This document shows, piece by piece, positions 32,518-34,662 of a DNA stretch of 34,662 nucleotides (position 1 is its first letter; each line of letters begins with the position of its first letter). The stretch spans positions 1-34,662 of the forward strand of contig CALSCO010000187.1 in NCBI GenBank assembly GCA_943704415.1, written 5' to 3'. Under the pieces are notes generated by a model. It was not told where the DNA came from. It ran no database searches and saw only the letters and a list, made by a program, of their open reading frames with translations. Made by a program: the position numbers and the translations under genes. The stretch is from Parvularia atlantis (taxonomy: Eukaryota).

Positions 32518-34662
32518 ATGCTGCGCTTCCGCGCCGTCAACGAGCGCACCGATGGGCACGACCCGTGGCCGCACTACGAGCGGCTGCTGCGCACGGTGCG
32601 CGTGCCGTCCACCTCGTGCACCGCATCGCGCCAACCCGATCGACGCGGCAGACGCGCGAGCTTGACGGGCGGTACCGCGCGGCCCTCGCGGTCTACGCGC
32701 GCGCCGTCGATGCCGCGCAGCCCGCGCCGCCGCCGCGCGCCGACGGCGAGTCGTCGCCCGAGCGATCGGTGCCGGCCGACGACCCGCGCGCGCTGCTGCT
32801 GGCGGCGCGTGCGCAGCTGCTGTGCGTCGCGCCTCGTCGGATGCGCACGACAGCGGCATGCTGATCGCGCCTGTTCGACAGCGAGCTGCTCGACACGCCC
32901 GCGCTGCACGACCCGCGCGCCGCCGTCACGGCCCTCGGCAACGGCAGCGCCTCGGCCGCGCCGATGCAGCGCACGCTCGTGCGGCTGCAGTACCTGGCGC
33001 ACTACAACCTCGGCACGCTTCATGAGCGGCTCGGCGACCGCGCCGCGGCCCTGCAGCACATGCTCCGCGCCGTCGCCATCGCCCCGGACAGCGTCAACGC
33101 GTGGGCGGCCGTGGCCGAGGCGGCGTGGGCCGTGCGGGTGCGCCGCCTGTGCGCGCGTGCGACGTGTGCTCACGTCCTTGACGCAGAACTACCGGCTGTG
33201 CTGCGCCGCGTGCGAGGCCGTGCTCAAGCTCGAGCGCGACAACGACGCCGTCGCGACGCTCCTGCTCAAGGCGCGTCCCTCTGTGTGCTTGCGCTTGCGC
33301 ACGACGGCTCAACGTGCGCCTGCCGCAGACGCTCTACGTGCTCGACAACCACCTCGCGATGGCAGCGCTGTACGCGCAGCACGGGCCAAGCCGCTTCAGC
33401 CCCGAGCTGCGCGGGCTCGTCGAGCGCACGGCGCGCGCCGCGTCCTTCGTGCAGCCCGAGTGCGTGCACCACACGTGCACGCGCGCCACTCCTCACGGCC
33501 CGCGGCGGCATCGCAGCGACGTCGACGAGCTCGCGTTTGTGGCCGCGCCGACGGGGCGATCGAATGTGATGCGCGAGCTCGAGGCGCGGCGCAGGGAGCA
33601 CGACCGCGGCCAACTCGCGAGCACGCACCCCGCCCCGCCCGCCGCGGCCGTCGTGCGTATCACCGAGCGGACGTGGCCGGGCCTGGCGCGCGCTGTGTCC
33701 GAGACGTGCCAGGTGCGCACACACACTCGCTTCATTTTGGCCGTCCTGACGCGGCGCGGCGCAGGAGCTGTGGCGCAAGCACAACGGCGCGGCCGCGCTG
33801 CAGGTGCCGGTGCTCGTCGGCGTGGCCGGGCGGGGCGACCAGCCCTCGGCGTGCGAACAGCTCGTGGTCGACGACATGGAGGCCACGGCGCCGCCTGTAG
33901 CCGACGACAGCCAGCCGATGGACGTCGACGCTAGCCAGGACACGTCAGCGGGCGTGCCCGCGGGTGCCAAGCGTAGCCGCAAGCGCACGGCAGCCCAGGC
34001 GGTGCGTGCGTGCGTGCGTGCGTGCGGGCGGGCGGGCGCTCCGTGCGCGGCTCACGAGGCGGCACGCGCGCCAGGGCATCGCGACTGTGAAGCGCTCCGA
34101 GCGCAACAGCGAGCAAGCCAAGCGCGCCGACGGCGAGAAGCGGCGCCCGCGCGACGACCCGGACGTGCGCCCGCTCCTGCGCTGGTTCCTGCGCGACCTG
34201 GCCACGCAGCCGTCCGAGGGCTCGGTCGTGCAGGCGTACCGGTCGCCGCCGTCGGTGCGAGGTTCACGTGCGTGGGCTTGACGTGGCTCACGCGCGCCCC
34301 GCAGACGCAGACGGCCGCCTCGACGCTCACGCCGCTGCAGCTACACCTCACGTCGCAGAGCAAGAAGGACTCGGTCGATATGCTGGTGCGCTCGTCGCGT
34401 TCTGGCGCGCACAACTTGAGCGTCGCGGCGTGCGTGCAGAAAACGGACGCGTACAAGCGCGAGCTCGGCGTGCCGTTTCTGGTGGACTCCTCCGACGAGC
34501 TCGACGCGTTTGTTGCGCGCTGGCACGAGCGGCCGCGCGCGCTGCTGGACTTGCTGCTGGACCTGCTGCTCACGCTCACCGTCACGCTCGGCAACACGTT
34601 CTGGGGCAGCGACACTGAGCCGCAGGCGACCGTGCTCTACCTGCATGTGCGTGCCCCCCCCC
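32518..34662 (+). CDS. CABIN1: Cabin1/Hir3-like TPR protein of the HIRA histone chaperone complex (3' truncated)
   Basis: MLRFRAVN start (compare Cabin1 MIRIAALN); AALAVYARAV; ELLDTPAL; LQYLAHYNLGTL..AALQHMLRAVAIAPDSVNAW; K|TLYVLDN. Runs off the window end. Confidence 0.75.

Noticed and set aside
30714..32549. 611-aa minus-strand ORF and other long R/A-rich ORFs (27733-29835, 32377-33900, 6654-7886)
   Set aside because: These are shadow or antisense frames of real genes. High GC suppresses stops, and they show no domain signal except where they overlap true exons.
4698..34662. Functional clustering of gene-expression genes (DDX6, SPT5, TAF9, Cabin1)
   Set aside because: They are interspersed with unrelated genes on both strands, as expected by chance in a gene-dense genome.
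1..34662. Introner-like mobile introns explaining the high intron density
   Set aside because: Introns share only donor, branch and acceptor motifs; I saw no repeated intron bodies or terminal inverted repeats by eye. An all-vs-all intron alignment would be needed to exclude this fully.

Overview
GC-rich, very compact eukaryotic genomic DNA (lineage not identifiable from sequence alone). The ORF track is fragmented because genes are split by roughly 100 or more short (~45-75 nt) spliceosomal introns (donor GTGCG[C/T], branch site (G)CT[G/C]AC, acceptor mostly CAG). I spliced the genes by hand, so CDS coordinates are gene spans that include introns. There are 14 protein-coding genes: a 5'-truncated Ig/IPT-repeat + XK-like membrane protein, DDX6/Dhh1, SPT5, a carboxypeptidase T-like M14 peptidase, RIC1, lunapark, a PA-like + 7TM protein, an orphan membrane protein, an IFI44-like GTPase, an Ariadne RBR E3, TAF9, a BC-box-like LRR protein, an intronless EGF/TM protein and a 3'-truncated Cabin1/Hir3. 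The main oddities are: an IFI44-like GTPase with a signal peptide and a KDEL-like end; a lunapark whose zinc finger is replaced by a coiled coil; a TpA-rich island that looks like CpG-hypermutated coding DNA; splice-acceptor-like YAG just upstream of many start codons in tiny intergenic gaps (possible trans-splicing); frequent GC-AG introns; and a bacterial-like peptidase full of introns. All family assignments come from recognised motifs, not database searches.
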